From assembly GCF_003334335.1 (NCBI RefSeq), contig NZ_QOWQ01000044.1: DNA of 35,113 bases. The stretch is one strand, 5' to 3'. Below, in pieces: positions 17,274-28,633 of the stretch (positions within the stretch are counted from its first letter, which is position 1; each line of letters opens with the position of its first letter). The stretch is from Escherichia coli. Its GTDB lineage: Bacteria; Pseudomonadota; Gammaproteobacteria; Enterobacterales; Enterobacteriaceae. The translations under genes and the position numbers were made by a program. A model generated the notes under the pieces. The model was not told the origin of the DNA. It saw nothing but the letters and a program-made list of their open reading frames with translations, and did not search any database.

Positions 17274-17589
17274 CCGCTGACACAGGTCTGCGGCTGGAAT
17301 TGCCTGATGCGCTACGCTTATCAGGCCTACGAGTTCAGTGCTCTACGTAGGCCGGATAAGGCGTTCACGCCGCATCCGGCATAAACTACAGCTGGCAGAC
17401 AGCCGCTGCGAAGGCATTTTTGCACATGGCGTTGGAGGAATGCGCGGTTGTTGGCGGGAATGAATCACGGTAGCCGCTGACACAGATCAGCGGCTGGAAT
17501 TGCCTGATGCGCTACGCTTATCAGGCCTACGAGTTCAGTGCTCTACGTAGGCCGGATAAGGCGTTCACGCCGCATCCGGCATAAACTAA
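17190..17589. repeat. 2 x 200-bp tandem direct repeat (cynR 3' end + hairpin + REP pair)
   Basis: Copies at 17190-17388 and 17390-17588 differ at about 6 positions; each carries the last 28 codons of cynR including TAG, a short hairpin and two inverted REPs. Confidence 0.92.
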
Positions 17590-17609
17590 GCTCGCTGTAA
17601 CCCAGTCGT

Positions 17610-18893
17610 TCAACGTTTGTAATCGATGGCTTCTGGCTGCTCCAGATATACGGTGGTTTGTGCCGGTTGTGTGCTGGCAATCACCTTGCCGCCACGTACC
17701 GAATAACGTACCGGAACCTGACGGCGCAGCGCATCAAACCCATTTTCAGCCGGCAGGATAATCAGGTTGGCGCTGTTTCCGGCGGCAATGCCGTAATCCT
17801 GCAAATTCAACGTCCTTGCGCTGTGGTGGGTGATTAAATTCAGGCCATCGTTAATCTGCCCGTAGCCCATCAACTGGCAAACATGCAGCCCCATATGCAG
17901 CACTTGCAGCATATTCGCCGTTCCCAGCGGATACCACGGATCGAAGACATCATCGTGACCAAAGCAGACGTTAATGCCGGACTCCAGCATCTCTTTAACG
18001 CGCGTGATGCCGCGACGTTTTGGATACGTATCGAAACGTCCTTGCAGATGAATATTGACCAGCGGGTTGGCGACAAAGTTAATACCGGACATTTTCAGCA
18101 AGCGGAACAGGCGTGAGGTATACGCCCCGTTATAGGAGTGCATTGCCGTGGTGTGGCTGGCGGTGACTCGCGCGCCCATGCCTTCATGGTGCGCCAGGGC
18201 AGCAACGGTTTCGACAAAGCGCGACTGCTCGTCATCGATCTCATCACAGTGAACGTCGATGAGACGGTCGTATTTTTGCGCCAGGGCGAAGGTTTTATGC
18301 AGCGACTCCACGCCGTATTCACGGGTAAATTCAAAATGCGGAATCGCCCCCACTACATCTGCCCCTAAGCGTAACGCCTCTTCCAGCAACGCTTCACCGT
18401 TGGGATACGACAAAATCCCTTCCTGAGGGAAGGCGACGATTTGCAGATCAATCCACGGCGCGACTTCCTGCTTCACTTCCAGCATTGCTTTCAGCGCAGT
18501 TAGCGTTGCATCCGAAACATCGACATGGGTACGCACATGCTGAATGCCGTTGGCAATCTGCCATTTCAGCGTTTGCCATGCGCGTTGTTTCACATCGTCA
18601 TGGGTTAATAACGCTTTGCGCTCGGCCCAGCGTTCAATGCCTTCAAACAGCGTGCCGGACTGATTCCAGTTCGGTTGTCCGGCGGTTTGCGTGGTGTCCA
18701 GGTGAATATGTGGCTCCACAAACGGCGGTATAACTAAACCTTGTTCGGCATCCAGGCTGTTTTCAGTTATGGGCATCACGCCGGATTGCGCATCAATGGC
18801 GCTGATTTTTCCGTCCTGCAGATGAATCTGCCACAGCCCCTCTTCGCCTGGTAACCGGGCGTTAATAATTGTTTGTAAAGCGTTATTCGACAC
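17610..18893 (-). CDS. codA: cytosine deaminase (amidohydrolase superfamily)
   Basis: ORF track gives 432 aa from 18908; GTG at 18893 gives the 427-aa [14 protein letters not shown]... product; HIHLD metal-binding motif; overlaps codB stop by 11 bp. Confidence 0.93.
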
Positions 18894-20142
18894 TGTTAGC
18901 CTCCACATGCGTCATTGCTGCTGTCGTTTTACGATTCAAAATCGGGTTAAGGATCAGATAGCTCAGCGCGCCACCTAATACCGCGTTGACCGGAACAATT
19001 CCCGGTAACCAGTGGCCTGCAGCAATCCCCAAGGCGACCGCCAGAATCGCCACCCAATTGACACTCATCATACGCGTGGTCGCAAAGTGCTCATAGCGGC
19101 GACGGTTCATCAGATAGTCGGCGATGATCACGCCACCCACTGGAGGAATAGCTGCCGAAAGGAAGGTCAACCAGCCGACAAAATTGTTATACAGCCATAA
19201 TGCGCAGACCGTACCGATAATACCGTTGATTACCGAAAGGGTTTTGCTCGACATCCCGGTAATGTTGGCGAAACCTAAACCCGACGCATAGAGTGCGTTA
19301 TCGTTGGTGGTCCAGATATTCAGCCCCAGCACCACAATCGCAGGCAGCAGCAGGCCCTGAGCAATCATCACATCAGAGATATCCGCCATGCCCAGTGCCG
19401 CAGCGCCCGCTGCACCGAAAATAAACATCAACGAGTTGCCGAGGAAAAAGGCCACCATCGCCACCAGCACCGCCAGTTTGGCATTGCGACCAAACCGGAC
19501 AAAGTCAGCGGTGAGCGTACCCGCACTGATAAATGACCCCACAACCAGCGCCAGCGCGACATTGAAATCTAACGGTTGTGCGGGAACGACCGCTTTTAAT
19601 GCGTCCAGGCCGCCCATGCCGTTAACAGCCAGCCACACGGAATAACCGCCCAGGCAGGCGATAGCCGGAACCGCAATCACCGAAAGAACCGTCAGCGCCG
19701 AAATGCCAAAAAAGACGGTGACGGTCATCAGTAAACCGGAAACGGCAATCAGCAAATTAATATCCAGCCCGGTTGCCTTACCCACCGGAATGGCAAACAT
19801 CGCCACACCGACGCCAAACCAGCCAACCTGAGTTCCGCCCAGTAGCAGTGAAGGCAGCCATGAGCCTTTAACACCAAACGAGAAGCGAGCAAGAAGATGA
19901 GTGGTCAGGCCGGTTTTTGCGCCAATGTAACCGAGAAATGAAGTGTAAATACCGAGGAGAAGATTACCGATGAGAACTGCGAGGAAGAAATCATGATAGC
20001 TAAGACCGGTTCCGAGAGTGCCGCCGGTCCACATACTGGCGGAAAAGAAGGTTAATCCCAGCATGACGAACGTCAATGCCAATACCCCTTTCCGCGCCGA
20101 CTGCGGGACTGGCCCCTGGCTAAAGTTGTTATCTTGCGACAC
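18883..20142 (-). CDS. codB: cytosine permease (NCS1 family)
   Basis: 419-aa polytopic membrane ORF recognised as CodB; translationally coupled to codA. Confidence 0.95.
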
Positions 20143-20294
20143 GAAATTCCCCCTTTTTGCTGTTTGAAACCCAAAAAATCCGCCGCATTCTATTCATCTG
20201 AAGATAAAAAGCAATCGTTTTCGTGGGGAAATATATTTTTTATATGAATGAGTGCAAAAAGGTGGGGGAAAAATTATCGGTGTAAAAACAGTGG

Positions 20295-20470
20295 GTAGGC
20301 CTGATAAGACGCGTCAGCGTCGCATCAGGCATCTGAGCATGGTGTCGGATGCGACGCGAGCGCCTTATCCGACCTACGGTTCAGGTCCGTAGGCATGATA
20401 AAACGCGTCAGCGTCGCATCAGGCATCGGCACACAGTGCCGGATGCACCGCGCGACGCATCCGACAATAA
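20295..20470. repeat. REP/BIME array between codB and prpE
   Basis: Four REP palindromes in alternating orientation (gtaggcctgataagacgcgtcagcgtcgcatcaggc...); the last abuts the prpE stop. Confidence 0.88.
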
Positions 20471-20471
20471 C

Positions 20472-22358
20472 CTACTCTTCCATCGCCTGGCGGATCTGAT
20501 CCAACGACGCAGGATCATCAATGGTCGTCAGATCTCCAGGATCGCGTCCTTCGCAAATCGCCTGGATCGTGCGGCGCAGCATTTTTCCGGATCGCGTTTT
20601 TGGCAATTGCGAGACAAACCAGACGTGCGCCGGGCGGCCAAAGTTGCCAATCTGGCTGTCCACCAGCGCCATAATCGCCTTCTCTTGCGAGTGCGCCACA
20701 TCACGATCTTCCAGACTGTCGCTCTCTTTCGGAATGACAAACGCCACCGCCACCTGCCCTTTCAGCGCATCTTTCACCCCAACCACCGCCACTTCGGCAA
20801 CGCCCGGATGGCTGGAGATACTCTCTTCAATCTCGCGCGTCCCCAGCCGATGCCCGGCAACGTTAATTACATCGTCAGTGCGCCCGAGAATAAAGTGATA
20901 ACCGTCAGCGTCACGGATGCCCCAGTCAAAGGTGGCGTACACCGGGCGGGAAAACAGCGACCAGTAAGTCTTCACAAAGCGGCCGTCGTCGCCCCAGATG
21001 GTCTGAATACACCCCGGCGGCAGCGGCCCTTCCACCACCAGCATCCCTTTCTCGTTGACGCCACACGGTTCGCCGGTGACTTCATTAAGCAACTGCACGT
21101 TATAGCCATACATCGGCACACCGGGGCTTCCCAGACGCGTCGGCCTGTCGTCCAGACCGCGAGCAATCGCCATAATCGGCCAGCCGGATTCGGTCTGCCA
21201 GTAGTTGTCGATGACCGGCACATCCAGCGTATTGCTCACCCAACTGGCGGTCGGCTCGTCCAGCGGTTCTCCAGCCAGATAGAGCACTTCCAGCGACGAG
21301 AGATCGTGTTTGCGAATTTCAGCGGTAGGGAATTTTTTCAGCACGCGAATGGCGGTCGGCGCTGAGAACATCCGGCTAACCTGATATTTCTCGACGATTT
21401 TCCACCACACGCCGCAGTCCGGCCAGGTCGGCAATCCTTCGTAAACGATAGTCGCCATCCCCGCCAGCAGCGGCGCGTAAACGATATACGAATGCCCCAC
21501 CACCCAGCCGATATCCGATGCGCAAAAGAACACGCTGCCCGCTTTGCCGCCAAAAATGGTGTCCATCGAGGTCGCCAGCGCCACCGCATATCCGCCGACG
21601 TCACGCTGCACGCCTTTAGGTTTGCCGGTCGTGCCGGAAGTGTAGAGAATGCAGGAGGTTTCGTTGGATTCCAGCCACGCCACCGGTACCCGCGCGCCGA
21701 TGTGTTGATGGCGCAACGACGCGAAATCGACATCCCGCCCGCTGACGCGCGCCATTTTCGCCAGCCCGCGATCCACCAGCAAAACATGGCGTGGCTGGTG
21801 CTGCGCCTGACTTATCGCATCGTCGAGCAATTTTTTATAGGGAATGATTTTGCCACCGCGCGCTCCGGCATCAGCCGAGACAATCAGCACCGGTTTAGCG
21901 TCATCAATTCGCGCCGCCACGCTGTGCGAGGCAAATCCACCAAACACCACCGAGTGAATAGCGCCAATGCGCGCGCAGGCCAGCAGAGTAATATGCGCTT
22001 CGGCAATCATCGGCATATACACCAGCACCCGATCGCCGCGCTGCACACCCAATGAACGCAACATTGAGGCCACCGCGTTCACTTCGTCATGCAGCTGACG
22101 AAAGGTAAAGGTGCGCTCTTCTTCTGTTTCCGAAGAGACGGCAATCAGCGCCAGCGCCTCTGGCTGTTTCTCCAGCCAGCGGTCGATGGCGTTGTGGCAC
22201 AAGTTGGTTCGGCCTTCACAAAACCAACGGGCAAACGGCGGATTGCTGTGATCGAGCGTTTGCGTAAAGGGCGTCTGCCAGTCAATACGCCGGGCCTGCT
22301 CGGCCCAGAACTGCTCCGGTTCGTTAATCGAACGCTGATAAAATTCGCTAAAAGACAT
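20472..22358 (-). CDS. prpE: propionyl-CoA synthetase
   Basis: 628-aa ORF with acyl-CoA synthetase AMP-binding motif (YTSGTTGKPKG); last gene of prpBCDE. Confidence 0.96.
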   Translation of the reverse strand: MSFSEFYQRSINEPEQFWAEQARRIDWQTPFTQTLDHSNPPFARWFCEGRTNLCHNAIDRWLEKQPEALALIAVSSETEEERTFTFRQLHDEVNAVASMLRSLGVQRGDRVLVYMPMIAEAHITLLACARIGAIHSVVFGGFASHSVAARIDDAKPVLIVSADAGARGGKIIPYKKLLDDAISQAQHQPRHVLLVDRGLAKMARVSGRDVDFASLRHQHIGARVPVAWLESNETSCILYTSGTTGKPKGVQRDVGGYAVALATSMDTIFGGKAGSVFFCASDIGWVVGHSYIVYAPLLAGMATIVYEGLPTWPDCGVWWKIVEKYQVSRMFSAPTAIRVLKKFPTAEIRKHDLSSLEVLYLAGEPLDEPTASWVSNTLDVPVIDNYWQTESGWPIMAIARGLDDRPTRLGSPGVPMYGYNVQLLNEVTGEPCGVNEKGMLVVEGPLPPGCIQTIWGDDGRFVKTYWSLFSRPVYATFDWGIRDADGYHFILGRTDDVINVAGHRLGTREIEESISSHPGVAEVAVVGVKDALKGQVAVAFVIPKESDSLEDRDVAHSQEKAIMALVDSQIGNFGRPAHVWFVSQLPKTRSGKMLRRTIQAICEGRDPGDLTTIDDPASLDQIRQAMEE

Positions 22359-22397
22359 AATGCTCTCCTGTTGAACTTACGCCTTACCGCCGTTTAC

Positions 22398-23849
22398 TTA
22401 AATGACGTACAGGTCGAGATACTCATTGACCGGCATCTGTTCCAGGCGAGCTCTGTCGAGAGAAACCTCCAGAATGCGCTGCTGTTGGCGAGTCGGGAAC
22501 TGGCGCGCGAGATTGATTTTGAATTTATCGACCAGTTTCGGAATACCATCCTGACGGCGGCGAGCATGACCAATGGGGTACTCCACCACCACTTCTTCAA
22601 ATCGTGTGCCGTCGGTGAACTCAAGGGTAATGGCATTGGCGATGGCGCGTTTTTCCGGGTCGTGGTAGTCAGCGGTAAATGCCGGATCTTCAAAGCAATT
22701 GATCTTCTCGCGCAGGGCGTCAATGCGTTTATCTTGCGCAACGTTGTCCTCGTAATCTGCCGCCGTTAAGCGCCCGAATAGCAGCGGGATCGCCACCATG
22801 TACTGAATGCAGTGATCGCGGTCTGCCGGGTTATTGAGCGGCCCTTTTTTGTCGATGATGCGAATACAGGCTTCGTGGGTGCGAATGGTCACTTTTTCGA
22901 TATCCGCCGCCGTTTTGCCTGCTGCCTGCATCTGTTCATAGAGCGTCATCGCGGCTTCAACTGCCGTCTGGGAGTGGAACTCCGCCGGGAAGGAGATTTT
23001 GAACAGCACATTTTCCATAACGTAGGAACCGTACGGGCGCTGGAAGCGGAACGATTCACCTTTAAAGGAGACGTCGTAGAAGCCCCACACCGGCGCAGTC
23101 AGGGCTGACGGGTAACCCATTTCGCCCGTTTTCGCCATCAGTGCCAGACGTACCGCGCGGGAAGTGGCATCGCCCGCCGCCCAGGATTTACGCGTGCCGG
23201 TGTTCGGCGCATGGCGATAGGTGCGCAGCGACTGACCGTCCACCCACGCCAGCGAAACGGCGTTGAGAATTTCCTCGCGGGTCAGGCCGAGCATTTCGGC
23301 GACCACGGCGGTGGAAGCCACTTTCACTAACAGAACGTGGTCGAGGCCGACGCGGTTAAAGGAGTTTTCCAGCGCGATGCAGCCCTGAATTTCATGGGCT
23401 TTGATCATTGCGGTCAGCACCTGTTTCATGGTCAACGGCGCTTTGCCGCTGGCGACCGCGTTGCGCGAAAGCCAGTCCGCCGTTGCCAGAATGCCGCCGA
23501 GGTTGTCGGAAGGATGGCCCCACTCCGCCGCCAGCCAGGTATCGTTGAAATCGAGCCAGCGGATCATCGCGCCGATGTTAAATGCCGCCTGGACGGGGTC
23601 GAGCTGGAACTGAGTTCCGGGGACGCGCACGCCGTTGGGTACGACGGTGCCGGGAACAATTGGCCCCAGCAGTTTTTTACAGGCCGGGTATTCGAGAGCT
23701 TCCAGACCGCAGCCGAGCGTGTCGAGCAGGCAGTAATGTGCGGTGTCGTAGGCCACTTTAGAGCTGATTTCGTAGTTCATGACGTAATCGACGATATCAA
23801 CGATTTCACGATCAAATTCCGGGCGGATGTTGTTGATTTGAGCTGACAT
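22398..23849 (-). CDS. prpD: 2-methylcitrate dehydratase
   Basis: 483-aa ORF recognised as PrpD (MmgE/PrpD family). Confidence 0.96.
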
Positions 23850-23882
23850 TGGGTACGTTTCCTTATTGTTATTCGTAGAGGT

Positions 23883-25052
23883 TTACTGGCGCTTATCCAG
23901 CGCGACAAACGGGCGGTCTTCCGGTCCAACATAATTGGCGGAAGGACGGATAATTTTGTTGTCCTGACGTTGTTCGATAATGTGCGCCGCCCAGCCGGTG
24001 ACGCGGGCGATAACAAACAGTGGTGTGAACATCTCGGTGGGAACGCCCATCATGTTGTAGGAAACAGCAGAGAACCAGTCGAGATTGGGGAACATCTTTT
24101 TGCTCTCCCACATCACCGTTTCCAGGCGATCGGCGATGTTGTACATCTTCAGCGAGCCGCCTTCCTGCGAGAGCTGCTTCGCCACACGTTTAATCACCTG
24201 GTGGCGCGGGTCAGCGATGGTGTAAACCGGATGACCAAAACCAATGACCACTTCTTTGTTTTCCACGCGCTTGCGGATATCTGCTTCGGCTTCGTCCGGC
24301 GTTTCGTAGCGTTGCTGGATCTCCAGCGACACTTCATTCGCCCCGCCGTGTTTTGGCCCGCGCAGTGCGCCAATCGCGCCAATAATCGCGGAATACATAT
24401 CAGAGCCGGTGCCCGCAATCACCCGACTGGTAAAGGTGGAGGCGTTAAACTCGTGTTCGGCGTACAGCACCAGCGAGATATGCATCGCCTTTTCCCAGCT
24501 TTGCGATGGCTTTTCGCCGTGCAGCAGATGCAGGAAGTGACCGCCGATGGAGTCGTCATCGGTTTCCGGTTGGATGCGTTCGCCGTTGTGGCTGTAGTGA
24601 TACCAATAAAGGAGAATCGAGCTAAGCGACGCCAGCAGTTTGTCGGCAATATCCCGCGCGCCAGAGACGGTATGCCCCTCTTTTTCTGGCAGCGTGCAGC
24701 CGAGCGCGGAAACACCGGTGCGCATAACATCCATCGGGTGCGACGCCGCCGGTAAGGCTTCCAGCACGGTACGCACGTTAGCCGGTAAACCGCGCAGGGC
24801 TTTCAGTTTCGTTTTGTAAGCGGCGAGTTCGTCACGGGTCGGCAGTTTGCCGTGGATCAGCAGATGCGCCACTTCTTCAAATTCGCAATGTTTCGCCAGA
24901 TCAAGAATATCGTAGCCGCGGTAATGCAGGTCATTGCCACTTTTACCCACGGTGCAGAGCGCCGTATTGCCCGCCGGAACGCCAGAAAGTGCCACAGATT
25001 TTTTCGGTTTAATGACATGGGTACTGTTTTGCAGGATCGTTGTGTCGCTCAT
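23883..25052 (-). CDS. prpC: 2-methylcitrate synthase
   Basis: 389-aa citrate-synthase-family ORF recognised as PrpC. Confidence 0.96.
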   Translation of the reverse strand: MSDTTILQNSTHVIKPKKSVALSGVPAGNTALCTVGKSGNDLHYRGYDILDLAKHCEFEEVAHLLIHGKLPTRDELAAYKTKLKALRGLPANVRTVLEALPAASHPMDVMRTGVSALGCTLPEKEGHTVSGARDIADKLLASLSSILLYWYHYSHNGERIQPETDDDSIGGHFLHLLHGEKPSQSWEKAMHISLVLYAEHEFNASTFTSRVIAGTGSDMYSAIIGAIGALRGPKHGGANEVSLEIQQRYETPDEAEADIRKRVENKEVVIGFGHPVYTIADPRHQVIKRVAKQLSQEGGSLKMYNIADRLETVMWESKKMFPNLDWFSAVSYNMMGVPTEMFTPLFVIARVTGWAAHIIEQRQDNKIIRPSANYVGPEDRPFVALDKRQ

Positions 25053-25091
25053 GTTGTCCTCGTCATTGTTATCATTTGTAGGGTCGAGATT

Positions 25092-25370
25092 GTTGTCGGA
25101 TGCGACGCTATGCGTCTTATCCGACCTACAGTTCAGTTCACCCCGTAGGCCTGATAAGTCGCGTCAGCGGCGCATCAGGCATCGGTTGTCGGATGCGACG
25201 CTATGCGTCTTATCCGACCTACAGTTCAGTGCACCCCGTAGGCCTGATAAGTCACGTCAGCGGCGCATCAGGCATCGGTTGTCGGATGCGACGCCATCCG
25301 TCTTATCCGACCTACAGTTCAGTGCACCTCGTAGGCCTGATAAGTCGCGTCAGCGACGCATCAGGCATCG
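25092..25370. repeat. 3 x 93-bp tandem BIME array in the prpB-prpC intercistronic region
   Basis: Unit starts at 25092, 25185 and 25278 (period 93 bp); each unit is a pair of inverted REPs; a degenerate partial fourth unit follows to about 25385. Confidence 0.92.
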
Positions 25371-25398
25371 GCTGTCGAATACAATCAACGGGCGTTTT

Positions 25399-26289
25399 TT
25401 ATTTCACCTGGCTACGGGCAAACAGGTTGTCGAGCTTCTCTTCGTACTGGTAGTAGTTGATGCTTTCGTACAGCTCGTTGCGGGTCTGCATGGTGTCGAT
25501 GACGCTTTTCTGCGTGCCTTCCTGGCGCAGGACGTTGTAGACATGTTCAGCGGCGCGGTTCATGGCGCGGAACGCTGAAAGTGGGTACAGCGCCATTGCG
25601 ACATGGGCGCTGCGTAATTCGTCGGTGGTAAACAGCGGCGTGGCACCAAATTCGGTGATGTTGGCGAGGATCGGCACCTGCACCGCATCGGCAAACTGGC
25701 GGTACATGGCGAGTTCGGTAATCGCCTCCGGGAACAACATCTCGGCACCCGCTTCAACATAGGCCTGCGCACGCTCGATCGCCGCATCCAGCCCCTCTAC
25801 CGCCAGAGCATCGGTGCGCGCCATGATCACAAAATCAGGATCGGTTTTCGCATCCACCGCCGCGCGGATCCGATCCACCATCTCTTCTTTCGAGACGATC
25901 GCTTTATTCGGACGATGACCGCAGCGTTTCGCACCAACCTGATCTTCAATATGCAATCCTGCCGCACCGGCTTTAATCATCGATTTCACGGTGCGCGCCA
26001 CGTTAAAGGCCGAAGAACCAAAACCGATATCCGCATCCACCAGCAGCGGCAGCGAACAAACGTCGGTGATACGGCGAATGTCGGTCAGCACATCATCAAG
26101 GGTAGAAATACCGAGATCGGGCAGCCCCAGCGAACCTGCCGCCACGCCACCGCCAGAAAGATAAATTGCCTGATATCCGGCACGCTGCGCCAACAGCGCA
26201 TGATTAGCGTTGATGGTGCCAACAATCTGCAATGGATTTTCTTTAGTCAGTGCAGCGCGAAACGCTTTACCTGGAGAGTGTAGAGACAT
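25399..26289 (-). CDS. prpB: 2-methylisocitrate lyase
   Basis: 296-aa ORF recognised as PrpB; AAGGAT Shine-Dalgarno 6-11 nt upstream of the ATG; sigma54 promoter upstream. Confidence 0.96.
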   Translation of the reverse strand: MSLHSPGKAFRAALTKENPLQIVGTINANHALLAQRAGYQAIYLSGGGVAAGSLGLPDLGISTLDDVLTDIRRITDVCSLPLLVDADIGFGSSAFNVARTVKSMIKAGAAGLHIEDQVGAKRCGHRPNKAIVSKEEMVDRIRAAVDAKTDPDFVIMARTDALAVEGLDAAIERAQAYVEAGAEMLFPEAITELAMYRQFADAVQVPILANITEFGATPLFTTDELRSAHVAMALYPLSAFRAMNRAAEHVYNVLRQEGTQKSVIDTMQTRNELYESINYYQYEEKLDNLFARSQVK

Positions 26290-26334
26290 AGCCCATCCTT
26301 TGTTATCAACTTGTTATTTGCGTTGATAAAGACA

Positions 26335-26351
26335 AAGCAAGGGGTGTGCCA
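26335..26351 (-). promoter_or_regulatory. sigma54 (-24/-12) promoter of prpBCDE
   Basis: Minus strand reads TGGCAC-ACCCC-TTGCTT, a perfect match to TGGCAC-N5-TTGCW; lies about 45 bp upstream of the prpB ATG and next to the sigma54 activator gene prpR. Confidence 0.85.
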
Positions 26352-26426
26352 CAATTGCCTTAATAAAATTAAATGTTTAATTTCAATTTGTTAGAGATAA
26401 AGTCATGAACTAATCCGCAAATATGC

Positions 26427-26484
26427 GTTTCAGTTAACGTTTCAGGCAATGTTTCACCGCGTTTCATTGCAACAATTATGAAAC
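26427..26484. promoter_or_regulatory. phased GTTTCA repeats and GTTTCAT-N10-ATGAAAC dyad (candidate PrpR enhancer)
   Basis: GTTTCA at 26427, 26439, 26451 and 26461 (spacing 12, 12, 10 bp), with inverted ATGAAAC at 26478-26484; 75-150 bp upstream of the sigma54 promoter. Confidence 0.5.
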
Positions 26485-26527
26485 AAGACTAAACCCAATA
26501 TTCGGTTTCTTAACTTTGCGGTGCGCT

Positions 26528-28114
26528 ATGGCACATCCACCACGGCTTAATGACGACAAACCGGTTATCTGGACGGTATCTGTAACGCGCCTGTTCGAGC
26601 TGTTTCGCGATATCAGCCTCGAGTTTGATCACCTGGCGAACATTACCCCTATTCAGCTTGGCTTTGAAAAAGCAGTGACCTACATCCGCAAGAAACTGGC
26701 AAACGAACGCTGTGACGCCATCATCGCGGCTGGCTCTAACGGCGCGTACCTGAAAAGCCGCCTGTCAGTGCCAGTTATTTTGATTAAACCGAGCGGCTAC
26801 GATGTGTTACAGGCACTGGCAAAAGCCGGAAAACTCACCTCTTCTATCGGCGTTGTCACCTATCAGGAAACCATTCCAGCGCTGGTGGCGTTTCAAAAAA
26901 CCTTTAATTTGCGCCTCGACCAACGTAGCTACATTACCGAGGAAGACGCACGCGGGCAGATTAACGAGCTAAAAGCTAACGGCACCGAAGCGGTGGTCGG
27001 CGCAGGGCTGATTACCGATTTGGCAGAAGAAGCCGGAATGACCGGAATTTTTATCTATTCCGCCGCCACCGTGCGCCAGGCGTTCAGCGATGCGCTGGAT
27101 ATGACGCGCATGTCGTTACGCCATAACACTCACGATGCCACCCGCAACGCCCTGCGTACTCGTTACGTGCTGGGCGATATGCTCGGTCAATCACCACAGA
27201 TGGAACAAGTACGGCAGACTATTTTGCTGTATGCCCGCTCCAGTGCGGCGGTGTTGATTGAGGGGGAAACGGGGACGGGCAAAGAGCTGGCGGCCCAGGC
27301 GATTCATCGGGAATATTTTGCCCGCCACGATGCGCGACAGGGCAAAAAGTCGCATCCGTTTGTTGCCGTCAACTGCGGGGCGATTGCCGAATCGCTGCTG
27401 GAAGCAGAACTGTTTGGCTATGAGGAAGGGGCGTTTACCGGCTCGCGACGCGGAGGTCGCGCCGGGCTGTTCGAAATTGCCCACGGCGGTACGCTGTTTC
27501 TGGATGAGATTGGCGAAATGCCGCTACCTTTGCAGACCCGGCTGCTGCGGGTGCTGGAAGAAAAAGAGGTCACCCGCGTCGGCGGGCATCAGCCTGTTCC
27601 GGTAGATGTACGGGTCATTAGCGCCACTCACTGCAATCTGGAAGAAGATATGCAGCAAGGACGTTTTCGCCGTGATCTGTTTTATCGGCTGAGTATTTTG
27701 CGTCTGCAATTGCCACCACTGCGCGAGCGGGTGGCGGATATTCTTCCGCTGGCGGAAAGCTTTTTGAAAGTGTCTCTGGCGGCGCTCTCCGCCCCATTTT
27801 CTGCTGCATTACGCCAGGGGTTACAGGCAAGTGAAACTGTGCTGCTGCACTACGACTGGCCAGGCAATATTCGTGAACTGCGCAATATGATGGAACGACT
27901 GGCGCTGTTTTTAAGTGTGGAACCGACGCCGGATTTAACGCCGCAGTTTATGCAACTGCTACTGCCGGAACTGGCGCGCGAGTCGGCGAAAACTCCCGCT
28001 CCACGCTTACTGACACCACAACAGGCACTGGAGAAATTTAATGGCGATAAAACAGCAGCGGCGAATTATTTAGGCATCAGCCGGACGACGTTCTGGCGGC
28101 GGCTGAAAAGCTGA
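26528..28114 (+). CDS. prpR: sigma54-dependent transcriptional activator of prpBCDE
   Basis: ORF track starts at 26516; ATG at 26528 gives [10 protein letters not shown]... (528 aa); AAA+ Walker [14 protein letters not shown] motif, C-terminal HTH. Confidence 0.94.
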   Translation: MAHPPRLNDDKPVIWTVSVTRLFELFRDISLEFDHLANITPIQLGFEKAVTYIRKKLANERCDAIIAAGSNGAYLKSRLSVPVILIKPSGYDVLQALAKAGKLTSSIGVVTYQETIPALVAFQKTFNLRLDQRSYITEEDARGQINELKANGTEAVVGAGLITDLAEEAGMTGIFIYSAATVRQAFSDALDMTRMSLRHNTHDATRNALRTRYVLGDMLGQSPQMEQVRQTILLYARSSAAVLIEGETGTGKELAAQAIHREYFARHDARQGKKSHPFVAVNCGAIAESLLEAELFGYEEGAFTGSRRGGRAGLFEIAHGGTLFLDEIGEMPLPLQTRLLRVLEEKEVTRVGGHQPVPVDVRVISATHCNLEEDMQQGRFRRDLFYRLSILRLQLPPLRERVADILPLAESFLKVSLAALSAPFSAALRQGLQASETVLLHYDWPGNIRELRNMMERLALFLSVEPTPDLTPQFMQLLLPELARESAKTPAPRLLTPQQALEKFNGDKTAAANYLGISRTTFWRRLKS

Positions 28115-28211
28115 ACTGCCGAATGCAGCGCGAACGCTTTATCCGGCATAAATTTCAATAGATGATCACCGATAAACTTACGCATCGGAGATGTTTACAT
28201 AGGATTCAGAA

Positions 28212-28487
28212 TTACTTCTTCTTATAAATATTTGCCGTGCCGTGGATCTTATTGTCAGTTTGACCGGAGGTCAGTACCAACACATCAGCCCCTTTTTCAT
28301 CCGCTTTTTTGATCAAATCTTCTTTTGCATCTGCAGTCGACATTTCATTGCTGGTTGAAATATCACCTATTTTTTCATACTGCGATTCAACTTTTTCAAA
28401 TTCCGCTTTGGTCATCAATTCAGCGGCATAGACATTGGTAACGGCTAACGCTAACGCACCGACTAACATTTTAGAGATTATTTTCAT
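28212..28487 (-). CDS. yahO: small secreted DUF1471 (YhcN/BhsA-like) protein
   Basis: 91-aa ORF with N-terminal signal peptide ([21 protein letters not shown]) and a lysine-rich C-terminus typical of this family. Confidence 0.88.
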   Translation of the reverse strand: MKIISKMLVGALALAVTNVYAAELMTKAEFEKVESQYEKIGDISTSNEMSTADAKEDLIKKADEKGADVLVLTSGQTDNKIHGTANIYKKK

Positions 28488-28633
28488 ATTACGGCTCCAG
28501 AGTTGTTATCACACTATCACCCACCCACATTATTGGGTTGATTAATAATTAGTTCAGTCAGGGCATAAACGCCAGTAACCGGAAATAAGACACTTTGTGA
28601 TCTCTCTCGTACCCGATTATTTTTGGTAGAAAT

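Noticed and set aside
25092-25370. Possible CRISPR array (regular tandem repeats at 25092-25370 and 34856-35113)
   Set aside because: The units are whole BIME repeats with no unique spacers; the period of about 93 bp and the REP palindrome sequence do not fit CRISPR, and no cas genes are present.
24934-25578. ORFs of 214 and 117 aa across the prpB-prpC array, and 61-75-aa ORFs at 34838-35109
   Set aside because: Their repetitive peptide sequence is a direct translation of the 93-bp REP units; not coding.
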